36,056 nt of DNA from Dicyema japonicum (GCA_011109175.1 RDEW01000003.1:1245475-1281530); one strand, 5' to 3'; numbered from the stretch's first letter, positions 1 to 10,399 are shown. Made by a program: numbers and translations. Notes: a model not told the origin generated them from the letters alone.

Positions 1-1741
1 AATTCCATTCAGGATTCGGCAAATCTCATTTGCAGATTTTCTAACGGCATTTTTTTCCACAGCAAATATTGAAAAAGAATCAATTAAAACAAGAATCTGT
101 TGAAAAATAATTACCCAGAAATGACTTTCATTTTGTGTGGAATATCGCCTTAAATCAACAAGCTACAATGTACCAATCAGGCGTAATTACTGGTTTAGTC
201 ACACGCATTCGTTTAGACTAAAATTGTAAGAATTAATAATACCTGACAATAAACACATTGAGGTACCACAGTAGCCACTCCACTACGTCTTGCAGCATAA
301 ATGGTAAGTGACAATAAACTATATAATTTATCACGTCCAAAGTGACTTAGATCATGCTGAGCCTAATTTAATTTAACAAATATACAACTTTAATGTATTT
401 TAGTGTTAATTCAGATTCCTCTCTACCATTTTTAGTAATGTAGGCCTCGGATTCCTTGAGACTGAAACTTTGAGTGTATCTTTTGATTTTGCCCTTTCTT
501 CCCAGTCAATGAATTCATCGAGTTGTCTCGATTTACTGAAAATCTTGATTTTTCATTGTTTCTCGTGTTGATTCCACTAGAACCATATTTTATAATTGAT
601 ATTTTCAAAAAAAACTATATAATAAGTTTTATTTTTTATTATTAATAATTTCTTCCAATGAAATGTTTTCTGAAAAAAATTTTTTTTTCTCGCATATCTG
701 GACTGTGACATTTAATTATAATTTAATCTGAATAAATACAAAATCAATCAAAAGTGTTCCCTGCCGACATAATCACGTTGAGTTGTTTCTCGCGGTCGCA
801 ATANAAAAAAACTATATAATAAGTTTTATTTTTTTATTATTAATAATTTCTTCCAATGAAATGTTTTCTGAAAAAAATTTTTTTTTCTCGCATATCTGGA
901 CTGTGACATTTAATTATAATTTAATCTGAATAAATACAAAATCAATCAAAAGTGGTCCCTGCCGACATAATCACGTTGAGTTGTTTCTCGCGGTCGCAAC
1001 AGATATCAACTAAAGAAGTCTCCGACTCTCTTATTATTATTTCTAAGAAAATAAAATTTGTCACTTTCCTGAATTCAAAAAAGTTGCTGCGCTAAGACCC
1101 ACATGGTGACCGCAGCGGAAACGCGCCAGGTTTACCCGAATATCGGAAGGAAATGAAGATTTACTGACATNGAGATTAACTAAAGATATCACCGACTCTC
1201 TTATTATTTTTAAGAAGATAAAATTTGTCACTTTCCTGAATTCAAAAAAGTTGCTGCGCTAAGACCCACATGGTGACCGCAGCGGAAACGCGTCAGGTTT
1301 ACCCAAATATCGGAAGGAAATGAAGATTTACTGACATCGATGCCCGGTAGAGGGCGATCAAAAAACTTGTTTAATCCAAGTCTTCGGATCGCCTTGGAAA
1401 TGCTGCCAGTTTCACTGCCTTCTTTGTTGGAATGTTGAGGAGGTGTCTGTTATTCTGAATGTCTACTTCTGTTGAATTTTTCTTAGCATGGACCAGTCGG
1501 CGGACTCAGGAGACATCGAAACCAATGTTCTGAACAAATAAGTGTTGGATGCACGCATTATCTAGGCTCGAATTCCGTTCAGCCCAAAATTGAAAGAACT
1601 TATAAGATCATCCGTCAAAAGCTTGCAAACGAATGACTCCCAGCAATTTCCAGCAACTAGGACAAATAGGAGCAAAAATGGCTAGTTTTTGTCTCAGGTT
1701 ACAAATAAAGATAAAAATCACTGATTTATTAAAAGAATAAA

Positions 1742-2583
1742 TTATTCAACATCCTCGTCCGAACTGCCCAAATATTCCTCAATGTTGTGATTATTTCCGT
1801 AAACTACCATTAAACGAAAAAATGAACCGTTTAGCTTTAAAATGGCTGCTGTTGGACTATTTGTAGCATAATCCAGCGGAGTTTTGCCATTCAAGTCTTT
1901 TATGGTCGGATCCAGTCCTAAACATAAATTTTTGTGTAGAAACCATTTTTCAGTAGTAAATCAACTATACTTGCGTGTCCCTTAATCGCAGCCTTGTGTA
2001 AAGCAGTCATCCCGAGTTTATTCTGAAATGAACCGAAATCAAAAAACTTTCGCATTGACATCTTCTGTGACCGAAAGGACTGCTTTCACAAACTCCCCGT
2101 CGTCATTTTCAACGGCAATGTGAATCGGCAGACTCCCACCACTGTCAGGCTCATTACAAGAAACCTAAAGTCCTCAAATATGAGAGAACCCCGTGTTTGA
2201 TGGATTCGACGACGAATTCTTTCTCCTTCTTCCGACATGAAGAGTGCAAGGGAAGGTTGATGAATGAGCAGTTGTCCGTAACTAAATTTTAAATTAGAAA
2301 AATATGAATTTTTAATGTCGACATACTAAAAGATGTCTTTATGGTCCCATTCCTCGAGCCAATCTCGACTTTTGTATCCCCCACTTTCTCATCGAAGTTT
2401 ATGACGTAGAAAAATGTAAATTCGTCAATGTCAATTTCATTTTTCTAACTTATTTCCTTAATTTACTTTTGATTTCTTGTATTTTTCATGGGCCATAGCC
2501 ACCTTCACAAGTTTGGATCCTTCTGAGTGATTTTTTTTGGCTTTTGTTAGATAAATTTATTTACATGAAGATTTGCGACTCAT
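1742..2583 (-). CDS. OSTF1: Osteoclast-stimulating factor 1-like (degenerate SH3 plus 3 ankyrin repeats), spliced
   Basis: ATG at 2583, TAA at 1742-1744. Introns at 2541-2564, 2445-2466, 2282-2326, 2165-2189, 2023-2047, 1918-1943 and possibly 1804-1827. Spliced product contains NLPLHSSCRK, SLPIHIAVEND, KNKLGMTALHKAAIKGHASIVDLLLKNG, GKTPLDYATN and an acidic tail EEYLGSSDEDVE, matching the remembered OSTF1 architecture (QNKLGDTALHAAAWKG ... EDYLDDEDSD). Confidence 0.85.
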
Positions 2584-2715
2584 AATTATTCCAGAATTAA
2601 TTAACCGAATTTTATTTTATTTAAATTTAATAAAATATTAATTATTTTAAATTAAATATTAATAAATTAAATAAAATTTTCCTTTATTTTTAACAATATC
2701 GTCAAGGAGACAATA
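2584..2715. promoter_or_regulatory. Short AT-rich divergent intergenic region, candidate bidirectional promoter
   Basis: Only 132 bp separate the start codons of the head-to-head OSTF1-like and ZC2HC1A-like genes, and the central part is almost purely A/T. Confidence 0.5.
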
Positions 2716-3378
2716 ATGAATCAAGGCAATTTTCGTTGGTAATTTTAAAGACGTTGTTCCGTGCAAATCCTGTGGGAGGACTTTCATGACTTCTTCTCTC
2801 GTAAGAAGTAAAATAATTTCAGGAACGACATGAGAAAATTTGCTGCAAAACAACCAAAAAACGGAAAATCTTTGATTCAAGCAAGCAGAGAATCTCCAAT
2901 ACTGAAATAAGACCCTCAGCTGCCGTGAAGACCCTTCCTTTGGGGAAAACAAGAGTTTCCTCATAAAAATATGTTTAGACGTTTCAACCCCCAAAGTCAA
3001 ACTGGCGCGAACAACATAACAGTTTTATCTCCTCAATACGATCGGCAAGAGAATTTAGCAACGCAAGTGACCAGGGACTTCCTCTGCCAACGTATAAACC
3101 TTCTCCGGTCCCTTCAGGTGACTCGTTCTTAAAAATGACAGATTACATCAAATGTCCTTACTGCAACAGAAATTTCAACCAGAAAGCCGGCGAGCGACAT
3201 ATTTCGTTTTGCAAAGAACAGAAAAAGAAGTTATCCTTCAGCAAACCCTCTGTTGAGAAGTCAAATGGATTAATGCAGAGGACCCAAGTATATTTATTTC
3301 ACGAAATAGTACCAACCGCCAAAACCCATTAGGAAATCTCTGCCAGAAAAACAAATCAAGTTGACCAGATTAAAATAA
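2716..3378 (+). CDS. ZC2HC1A: Zinc finger C2HC domain-containing protein 1A-like, spliced
   Basis: Introns at 2726-2750 (GC-AG), 2801-2822, 2955-2978, 3118-3141 and 3288-3309. Product has VPCKSCGRTF..ERHEKIC..KRKIFDSSKQR, SNWREQHNSFISSIRSAR, DYIKCPYCNRNFNQKAGERHISFCKEQ and RTQYQPP, all matching remembered ZC2HC1A motifs. Confidence 0.9.
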
Positions 3379-4257
3379 TCTAATTTTCATTTATTCTGAT
3401 TTTTTTGATAATTTGTGACTCTTGGATTCCAGCGTATACTTCGATAGAACCATGGACGCTTAGGAGAAACCTGGTAGAGAACTATCGTGGCAGGATAGGT
3501 TTTGTAGTAAAATTGAAAAAAGAAATGATTCTTCTAAGTATCCACAATTCTGTAAAAATTATCGAGTACTAACATGACCTACTAACCAAATATTCCAAAA
3601 AGCACTCTTTTGTCATTCCTGGACAAAGAACTTGGGGGAGAGATAAGTCAATCCAAAGTTGTGGGTATCCTTGATGAATGAACAGAGTAGGGGAAAGTGA
3701 ATGATCCTTTTGGATGTCGGCCTTTCACTGGAAACCTTCTGAAAGATGTGTAATAAATAACTCGACGTTAATTAAACTATGGAAGACAGGAAGAGACCAC
3801 AGGAAAAGAACCTTCGACCTAGTATCCAGTGGGTATTCGTCTCAGACCGTTGTAACGGATATGACGTCATAACCACTAACCTATTCTTGTTGGAAAACAG
3901 GTCTAATCTGGTTTAATTCATGAATAAGATCATTGTTGATGTTTATTAACAGATGTTTGTATTTATAGTAAAACAGGCCTGATCTGGTTTATTTTATAGC
4001 TTACTTAGTCTAACAGAATAAGATCTTGACGACCAACACGGAGCACCTCTTTTTTTGTCCGGCTCCACCTACTAATTCTCTACAGAACCAGATATACCTG
4101 TCGGTCCGCTCTTGGCTGTAACGTTTTTTAAAGTTTAATAGATGTACATCATCTTCCCTTCCGACAAATTAATTACTTGACTAACAAATTTAGTGGTTAC
4201 TTTTTTTTATTTTTTTAAATTATTATTATTATTAAATTATTATTAAAATAATACACG

Positions 4258-4480
4258 TCCTGATGGCCGGTAGTTCGAATCTCGTTGCTATACATTCCAG
4301 TTGAAGGTTCCACGCATCGGCGGTGATTTGGCTTGACAAGTTACTTCGTTATCAGTGAACATTTTACTGCTGAACCGGATCGTATATAAAAGATTCACAC
4401 CCAACAAAATGAAAAAAGGAAGTGCGGAGGATTAATTGGTTTCCCTCTCTACGATTTGTTATCACAACTGTTCTTGGCTA
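4258..4480 (+). mobile_element. tRNA-derived SINE, degenerate copy
   Basis: B-box-like AGTTCGAATC followed by the family core AAGGTTCCACGCATC...TCATCAGTGAA-like sequence shared with 12161, 28150 and 30596. Confidence 0.75.
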
Positions 4481-4727
4481 ATCTCAAAATCGAGAACACA
4501 ATACCTTTCACGATTTGTAAGGAAAATTCAAATAATAAAAATTCCCGTGACTATGAAGTAAATACTATTAAAAACTAGTCATGTGGTTAGATGAGCGGAT
4601 GGTTAATGAGCCGACGTTCCTTTAATGCACAAAATGTCTTATTATAAGCCACTTTTCTGATGGTCTTAAATAGTGGGGAATATCGAATGGTCTTTTGAAT
4701 GCAGAACTTGCACTGAGCCTTACCACA

Positions 4728-5103
4728 TTATGTGAACTGACCATAAATAAGTGTACCCCGATAGAATTCCTTTGCAGACACAAAAGAAGGCTCTCCGGAA
4801 AGCAGTTTGGTCGCAGGCAGAACATTCAAAAAGAGTTCGGGAGATGTCTGAGGTTGAAATCCCCTAATTAGTGCGTTTAATCGTTCTTTCTTGGTGGTCT
4901 TGGAGTTTAAATAATAATAAATTCAAAGTATTTTACTTTTCTCGTAGTAATGTTTTTATTCTTACCAGTATAATATAAGTAGATTGAATGGACCTGTTCT
5001 TCTCATGTCCTGGTCCGCCTTCAAATTCCCTGCCATACCAAATCACTGCATCGGATTTGTGGGAGAGTCCGTCTTTGGCTCTACGTTTTTGTGAGCCACT
5101 CAT
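4728..5103 (-). CDS. Possible two-exon hypothetical protein (about 102 aa)
   Basis: Exon 5103-4966 (MSGSQKRRAKDG...) ends at a GTAAG donor; a 67-nt intron joins it in frame to 4898-4728. No recognisable family. Confidence 0.2.
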
Positions 5104-6007
5104 TTCTTCACTTGAAAGACTGGGAGTAAGTAAAAAATGTGAAGATTAAAAATGTGAAAAATATTAACCTGAGTGAGTTATGACTTTATTAACTGATGCT
5201 TCGTCAAATTTCTTTAATAAAATACCGCGTAAAATCTAGGGACAACACCGAGCTAAGAGGAAGAGATTATTGAGAGAACAGGGATAACCTGATCAGTGAT
5301 CACTTATTTATGGTAATTTCTTAGTTATATAATTACAATAATTTTTTATATACAGTCTGACCCCGAAATGGGGCAAAAATTCCCAATTATGATGTTTCCC
5401 CCAAAATGAGAGTCTTTTACAAAGCTAAATAAAAAATATGGAGAAATTACCTTTATTATAAAAATTACTATATGTATTAAAAACAAGATGAATCATTAGA
5501 TTTTTATAAATAAATTTGTCATTTCGAGATAAATCTGTCATTTTCATGTTGTCCTTTTTCCGTAGTGAATTCACAATATCAGCTTTAAATCTGTATATTT
5601 TAAGAACATTTTTAGGAGTTCCTTGTCTGACTACATTAAATGTATTGTAATGACTTCCTTGCAAATGAGATAGGGCAGATACTTGGTTGCCAGGTCCTCG
5701 TTATTCATGGTAGGAAGGTATTGGAAAAAAAGTGCCACAAAGGTTATCTAAAACAGTTAGGGGTAGATAGGAAGCTCCAGGTCTATACAGTCCATTATTT
5801 TCAAGTGGACCTTAGAGAGTCTGACACTGGTGTATAGGAGGCAGAGCCAGGAGATGCCATATGGGCTGAGGGTTCAATTGGACAAGGCGCTCTCGGGGCT
5901 GTTTCACTAACCAGAATCGAACCTGCCTAGGAGGCTGACGAGTAGACAGGCAAGGAAGGTTGTTGATTGTTCAATATTATTTTTTCGTTGGTTGAGTTTA
6001 AATTTCG

Positions 6008-6385
6008 TTACTTATTTTCCCCATTGGGGGGTTTACTAGTAAGAAACTTCATATTACTATTAAAATTATAAATAACCACAAAATAGATGTTTTTCCCGCA
6101 GTTTTGGTTTCCCCAAACGAAGTCGGACTGTATAAGTGGATAATTTTTTATAATGGAAATTATCATATAAAAAACACTAAATGAATCTAGGGAACTTGAA
6201 TCGACAGGCTGTTTCCTCCGACAATAGCTATCGAGATACTCTCTAGAAGTCTCAAGTTGATCCTTAGTGACCCTTTGAATCATTGAGCCGATCCAACGTA
6301 TTAGATCGTCCACTTGTGCGACAAGATTCCTCACGTCTTCATAGCAAATGGGACGAACAAGAGATCCTCCGGTTGCAAAAATCAA
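6008..6385 (-). CDS. Intronless ORF resembling the C-terminal part of a BAHD/transferase-family acyltransferase; possibly truncated or a pseudogene
   Basis: NLIFAT, QRVTKDQLETSREYL and YPLIQSDFVWG resemble GNVIFTA, ARMDNDYLRSALDYL and LPIHDADFGWG of plant HCT with similar spacing. No HXXXD catalytic motif was found upstream. Confidence 0.35.
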   Translation of the reverse strand: MIFATGGSLVRPICYEDVRNLVAQVDDLIRWIGSMIQRVTKDQLETSREYLDSYCRRKQPVDSSSLDSFSVFYMIISIIKNYPLIQSDFVWGNQNCGKNIYFVVIYNFNSNMKFLTSKPPNGENK

Positions 6386-7279
6386 ATTTTACAATTTAAA
6401 ATATCTTTTTTAAATACCTTCCTTGTATGAGAAAATATCCATTTTTATTCAAAAATTTTATTATTTGGAAAAAGAGAGGCACGAAAGTAACAGCCAAACC
6501 TTGTGGTAATAGAAAAATATCGATAAGTTAAAATGTGTAAGCGAACATATCAATTTGTTAAAAAATGAAATTTCCTTAAAAAACTGGAAATCTTATCTCA
6601 AAGGACCTTCGTGAACGCTGTTTGCAATTCAAGAGTATTTCCTGAAGGGGAGTAGTAAAGACTGGGGCCTCCTAACTCTAATTTTTTGTTTCGTTTTTCC
6701 TGCAAATAAAAAAAGAACTTTTCTGAAATTGTAAATCAAATTAATTAAAACTAACGATTTAAATGTTCACTTTGCTCAAAAGACTTATTAATAAATTTTC
6801 GTAAGAACAACACGCGAACAACGTATCACTCCTTTTCCATAGAAAACTCAACTTCATGAAAACGCTCTTAGAACAATACGAAGTTCATTCTGTTCGACGT
6901 CTGGTGCCTTAATCCAAAAAATATTAACCAACTGTCAGCTTGAAATCAAGGACTTCTATTTTTTAGTACTTGAGCTTTCAAAAAGTTTTTTTTTTCCGAG
7001 TACGACCTTACCCCCTTCAGACCTTAGTGATGAGAATGGGTGCGCGGCTTATCTTACGGGAACTTTAGCATGCAGCATAAACCCACTGAAACTGAACGGA
7101 ATCCAATATTGTACCAAGCGAAGATGAGATGATTTATGAGGGAAGTTGGGAATATTCAATGTTTGCGTTTTTTCTTAATTAAATAGTAGTTCATAAAAAA
7201 TCGTGACTTTAGAAACTAATAAGATTAGCATTAAACGCAGATTTTCTGAATATATAAAGAAAGTATCCGTTATTCCCTG

Positions 7280-7432
7280 ATGATGTATTTCTTGATTTTC
7301 CTTGCCATTTTATCGTGCTTAGACTGCAAAATAGCAATACAAACTCAAGAGGGAATAATGACAGAAAAAGAGTACAAAGATTATTTGTTAAGAAAAGAAT
7401 TGCGCCAATTTATGAACAGACTTGATTCATAG
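7280..7432 (+). CDS. Small secreted peptide, paralog 1 (50 aa)
   Basis: MMYFLIFLAILSCLDCKIAIQTQEGIMTEKEYKDYLLRKELRQFMNRLDS*: hydrophobic N-terminus; homologous to the ORF at 17161. Confidence 0.6.
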   Translation: MMYFLIFLAILSCLDCKIAIQTQEGIMTEKEYKDYLLRKELRQFMNRLDS

Positions 7433-7621
7433 TGACATTTTTTTTGATTCATAGTCTTGGGGGTTTTTTCTAACCTTATAGAACGTCAATGGAGGGTTAC
7501 TAACGAATTAATTTAAAAAAACTAATTTTGATAAATAATTGAGGATGACTTATTCGTTCTTGAAACGACAAATATGCAATAGGTCAACCTAGAGACTCAC
7601 CCAAGCAAAGTCATCAATGAA

Positions 7622-7790
7622 ACGTTGTCCAGGATGCTGGGGTCGATTCTAGAACTCCTTGCCAGAAAGCGAAATTGTCTCCCCGTTGAATGAATAGGTG
7701 GATCCTTTTGATTGTAAGAGAAAATTGGCGTCTCCTGAGTATGGTGGCACCAATGACGCCACCAAAGATGAAGGAAAAGAAATCTTCAAT
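7622..7790 (+). mobile_element. 3' end of dispersed retroelement-like repeat (family B, probably RTE-type)
   Basis: Shares GGATCCTTTTG...GGCGTCTCCTGAGTA.GGTGG..CCAATGACGCCA...GAAGGAAAA with copies near 3700, 8231, 12925 and 25490. Confidence 0.55.
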
Positions 7791-8230
7791 CAAGTAACCA
7801 CATGGCACCATGTGGTAGAAGTAAAATAATTTTCCATAATACCACGTAACCGGTACAGAAGTTTACATAGCTGTCGTTCAATTCTGGTTAATCACAAATT
7901 AGACTGTAGGTTTTAAGTCATTATTAGCGACATGGAATATAGTATCATCCCACATGTGGATCTAGTGAGAGAGGATCCTCCAACTCCTTCAATTTTGTTC
8001 TATCCGAACGCTAAGTAGACATTTCGTCCATTAAAGGTACGTCACCACCTTACCAATAAACAAACTGATCTAATTTCAAGTTATGACTATTTATTACACA
8101 GAAATCTTTTAATAGCTTTAAAAACTAATAATACAAGTTCCGTATTGTAATAATGTAATCCGCTAATGTTCATTGAATTGTGGATTCGACTATTGTTCAT
8201 TTTAATCACTGCTTTGGGTTATATTTTATA

Positions 8231-8420
8231 ATTGGATCCACCTTACAAGGAGACGCCCAGTGACTGGTTGGCATTCAAAAGAGCCAACTATCATTCTACC
8301 GGGAGACACTTCCGTTCCCTTGCGATGAGCTCTGTAATCGACTTCAACATCCCGGACAACTTTTTCTGGATCACTGTTTTTTTGTGAAGGTTCTGCGAGC
8401 ACGTCAAGATCAAATAATGA
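8231..8420 (-). mobile_element. Family B repeat copy
   Basis: Reverse complement matches 7622-7760 and 25420-25540. Confidence 0.55.
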
Positions 8421-8989
8421 TAAATCTCCTTTTTATGAACTTTCAAGGGTAATCTTCCAGAATAAATGTCCAATATCTCATCAAATAAAAAGCTCTGTTA
8501 TGCGTAATAGAGTTAAAGCTTGGATCGAAGACCTTTGTTTATTTTTCAGCTCTGAAATAGTCCCTGGAATGTTATACGGTTTTGAGGGATCCCACGACTA
8601 AAAAAGAAGCTCAATTCTCAAGAAATTTGAGAATTTTACTTTGAAGCTTGCTTACTGGACAAAGAACGACAGACTTCTGTAAAGGTCCCCACTTCAATGC
8701 CTCTGAATTTCCTAATCTGTATGACCTGATGAGCGGGGCCGTGCGACTACGAGCATCCAGTTGTGCTGTCGATACGTGCTTGTGTGGGCTCAAGGGAGGA
8801 ACATCGTGGCAAGTAGATGGTCCCCGGATCATGCGAGTAGTTAGTTTGGTGTTACGTGGTCTGTGAATGAAGTAAACTGTGCTTTTAGTAATTAACATTT
8901 TTGATATCGATTTATTGAGGAATTTAATAATTCAAAATAATTTTTAATTTCGAAAAAATACCAAGAAATTATATCAATAGCTCAGATAA

Positions 8990-9280
8990 AGTTCTAGTGA
9001 TGGAGACTGTTCGGTCACATTTTTGAGGATGGACTTGAGCGTACTAACAAATCGTGTGATGGAAGAATATCTCATGGAATAACGAAGATTATACCGATGA
9101 AAGCCAGGATAACATTACCCTTTGTGTTAAATGAATAATTTCGAGGCGTCGGTAGAAAACTAAAAACAGCCGACGATCTCGATGAACTAAGAGAACTTGC
9201 GAAAAAGAAGGGACCTGGATGAGATCTTTAATAAATTACTAAAGATCGGTAATTGATCCCTACAATAACATAATAATTTG
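8990..9280 (+). mobile_element. Decayed RTE-clade LINE, C-terminal coding end (family A)
   Basis: Frameshifted translation WRLFGHILRMD...RITLPFVL...LKTADDLDELRELAKKK, homologous to 31169-31610. Confidence 0.75.
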
Positions 9281-10399
9281 TACCGAATTGGTGTCATTGC
9301 TTTTTATGACCCATATCTACATATTTTCCACTGTTGGTATGTGAATAGTTAGATCTTCCATAATTGCTAACATTCATCTCCCACAACGGCATGAATTTTG
9401 AGTTTTCTTTTGGCTCACAAAAATATTGGATCTACAGACCATAATGTTAAAGAAAAAGGTGTATCTTCGAGGACCCAGAACGAGAACCAGAACCCGGAAA
9501 ACCATGATAACTTAGTTAGTAGTTAACTTTTTCTATTCCGGTGATCTTGGGGTAAAAAAAGAACAGAAATAGGTCGATGTTTCAGAACTCTCTTTCAATC
9601 TCGTAATCGCTAAAAATATTTTGTGAATTTTGAAAAATTCGTCCAGCATTTGAAAAATTTGGTATTAATTTACAAAATAGCTTCAAAAAAAGAGCCACAG
9701 TTATGAGATCTTCAGGAGAGATTTCGGTTTTCTACGACTGTCAAGTGAAGATTATTCAGCTGGTTATATGACATGGAGTGGAGTTAAAAAGGCTTACAGG
9801 ATTATATGAATAGGCTATCCATCCAAGAAGCTACAAGGACATACATTCAACTAGTCTTGTTTAAGAGAACCCTTTAAATTATGGTTGTTGAAAAAAATTA
9901 AGGTCTCCGATACAAATTTCATCTCTGCTTAAACCAACTTGTGGAACTGGCATTTGTAATTGTGAGGATATCCCATTGAATTCTGGAAGAGAAGTGACTG
10001 ATTCAATGTAGAAAAAGGTGACAAGAATGATTGGTTGTAAACTCTTCTAAGAGGAGAAGAGCAATCCTCAGAGATATGTATAGCTAGCTTACATAATATA
10101 AGGTTATATTGTTCTGATTAATCAAAAAATATTATTACTTTAAAAAGAGTTGGAGACGCCTAAAATTGAAATAACCATATCAAAAAGTATTAATATTACC
10201 TTCATTCTACTTAAGACAGACGATATTTGTTTGAATCTATGAAATTTGTAAATGGTCTTGTTATTCCCAATGTTAATGAAATGTCCACTTAATTCTTCTT
10301 TAGACGAATAAAAAAAGAACAAATAAGTGTATTTTTATAAGGCAATAAAACTTTTTAAAGATATATTAAATCATTATTGACTTTTTTAAAGGACTTTTT

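Noticed and set aside
605-990. Apparent tandem repeats around single n characters
   Set aside because: Every single n sits exactly between two copies, which is the signature of unmerged contig overlaps; not treated as biological repeats.
1085-1735. GC-richer coding-like stretch downstream of OSTF1
   Set aside because: Open segments exist on both strands but there is no consistent exon chain or motif, and it is partly duplicated by an n join.
3135-3152. Shared MTDYIK start between ORF 3135 and ORFs 31911/32211
   Set aside because: The ATG at 3135 lies inside a ZC2HC1A intron and there is no further similarity; coincidence.
5640-5970. GC-richer stretch as a LINE reverse transcriptase fragment
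   Set aside because: Only vague resemblance; no diagnostic RT motif found.
8726-8760. Hammerhead ribozyme or RNase MRP/P RNA
   Set aside because: CTGATGAG is not followed by stem II plus GAAA, and the MRP-like motifs are not in the required order and spacing.
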